IMG/VR virus record: IMGVR_UViG_3300043409_001340
Location: 1 to 25,297 of that record
DNA: 25,297 nt
Strand: one strand, 5' to 3'
Source of the DNA: a virus
Taxonomy: Duplodnaviria > Caudoviricetes
Shown here: positions 24,328-25,297 of the stretch, piece after piece
Layout of the letters: every line of letters begins with the position of its first letter
Numbering within the stretch: position 1 is the stretch's first letter
Position numbers and translations under genes: made by a program
The notes under the pieces: generated by a model
The model's input: only the letters and a program-made list of their open reading frames with translations
Databases searched by the model: none
What the model was told of the DNA's origin: nothing

Positions 24328-25297
24328 ATGTCAAATATTCTTGGTATCAGTGCAGGTTTCCATGATGCAGCCGCAACAGTAATCAGTCCCTGTGGTGATA
24401 TATTATTTGCTGGCCACAGTGAGCGTTATAGCAAACGTAAGAATGACCACAACTTCTGCCAGGGATTGCTTGATGATATTTTACCATATGGGCCAGAAAC
24501 GGTCGCATATTACGAACGTCCCTGGGCCAAACAATTACGTAGACTATACAGTAGAGAAGGCGTTGAGTGGGATAAACTCACGGTACATCAAATATTAAAA
24601 AAACAACTAGGTGGATGGATAGATCCAGAACGGGTATATTCTTTTAATCATCACCTAAGTCATGCAGCCGCTGGCTTTCAAACAAGTCCATTTGATCGTG
24701 CCACTGTGGTAGTAATAGATGCAATTGGGGAGTGGGATACTATAAGTATATGGGGAGCTGAATATGACAAAACAGGTATTGCAAAGTATCATAGATTATA
24801 TAGACAGTTTTACCCGCACTCCATTGGGTTATTTTATAGTGCAATTACTGGCCGCGCTGCCTTACAACCATTAGATGAAGAATACATCCTGATGGGAATG
24901 AGTGCTTATGGAAACCCTGGACTGGCCAAACAGTTTAAGCAAGATTTTATTCGTAATAGTTGGGATATTAGATTTAAGGAAAATTTACATATAGGTGTTG
25001 ACCCGTTATATTTGCCTGATGCTTCTAATGAAGACTTAGCAAGAGGGGCACAAGATCTAGTGGAAGAATTAATTGGTAGTGTTATGGCGCGGGCAAGACA
25101 GGTTAACTGGAGCAATAACTTAGTTTATATGGGTGGTGTAGCATTAAATTGTTTAGCTAACAGAAAATTAGGAGAATATTTTGAAAACATTTGGATTATG
25201 CCTTGTCCTGGCGATGCTGGTAGTAGTCTTGGCGCCGGTGCTCTTGCCTATGGTGGCCGTCTTAACTGGGTTAATGCTTTTCTCGGGCATAATATTC
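24328..25297 (+). CDS. Carbamoyltransferase, NodU/CmcH family (partial, runs off window end)
   Basis: Not in the ORF track because there is no stop in the window. ATG at 24328: MSNILGISAGFHDAAA...HSERYSKRKND, HHLSHAAAGF, VIDAIGE, MGMSAYG, GGVALNC and PGDAGSSLGA. Confidence 0.9.
   Translation, partial: MSNILGISAGFHDAAATVISPCGDILFAGHSERYSKRKNDHNFCQGLLDDILPYGPETVAYYERPWAKQLRRLYSREGVEWDKLTVHQILKKQLGGWIDPERVYSFNHHLSHAAAGFQTSPFDRATVVVIDAIGEWDTISIWGAEYDKTGIAKYHRLYRQFYPHSIGLFYSAITGRAALQPLDEEYILMGMSAYGNPGLAKQFKQDFIRNSWDIRFKENLHIGVDPLYLPDASNEDLARGAQDLVEELIGSVMARARQVNWSNNLVYMGGVALNCLANRKLGEYFENIWIMPCPGDAGSSLGAGALAYGGRLNWVNAFLGHNI

Noticed and set aside
664-25115. The many minus-strand ORFs and short alternate-frame + ORFs in the track (e.g. 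5489-5968, 8221-8706, 17941-18471, 18823-19335, 20006-20491, 24392-24598)
   Set aside because: They lie entirely within well-supported + strand genes and show no recognisable motifs, so they are shadow ORFs.
1-25297. Stop-codon recoding, or tRNA/rRNA genes
   Set aside because: Genes tile tightly under code 11, with TAA, TGA and TAG all used as stops at sensible boundaries. Intergenic gaps are short and show no cloverleaf or T-loop signature.

Overview
This window is a gene-dense, almost entirely + strand segment of a large T4-like (Caudoviricetes) phage genome in the standard genetic code. The host is probably Gram-negative, because there is a spanin pair. In order it holds: the 5' end of a divergent gene (possibly PhoH-like); two hypothetical late genes; a lysis module (i-spanin, o-spanin lipoprotein, holin); a DnaJ and a ClpA-type AAA+ chaperone; a GT-A glycosyltransferase; a Pol-beta-like nucleotidyltransferase next to a ligase-like/HIGH-nucleotidyltransferase fusion; two large modular proteins; a gp17-like terminase large subunit; a 655-aa putative virion protein; gp32-like SSB; UvsX/RecA; two radical SAM proteins; UvsY; and a NodU-type carbamoyltransferase that runs off the end. 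T4-late-like TAAATA promoters recur, three sitting only 5-6 nt before an ATG. Two sigma70 promoters are embedded in hairpins. The most striking feature is in 11284-14884. Unrelated short protein modules are joined in frame by a linker that is conserved at both protein level (GVAE|A/G/E, resembling a prohead-protease site) and DNA level (GGTGTGGCGGA). This suggests a shufflable cassette array encoding a capsid-packaged, protease-processed polyprotein. All family assignments come from motif recognition by eye, and no searches were run.
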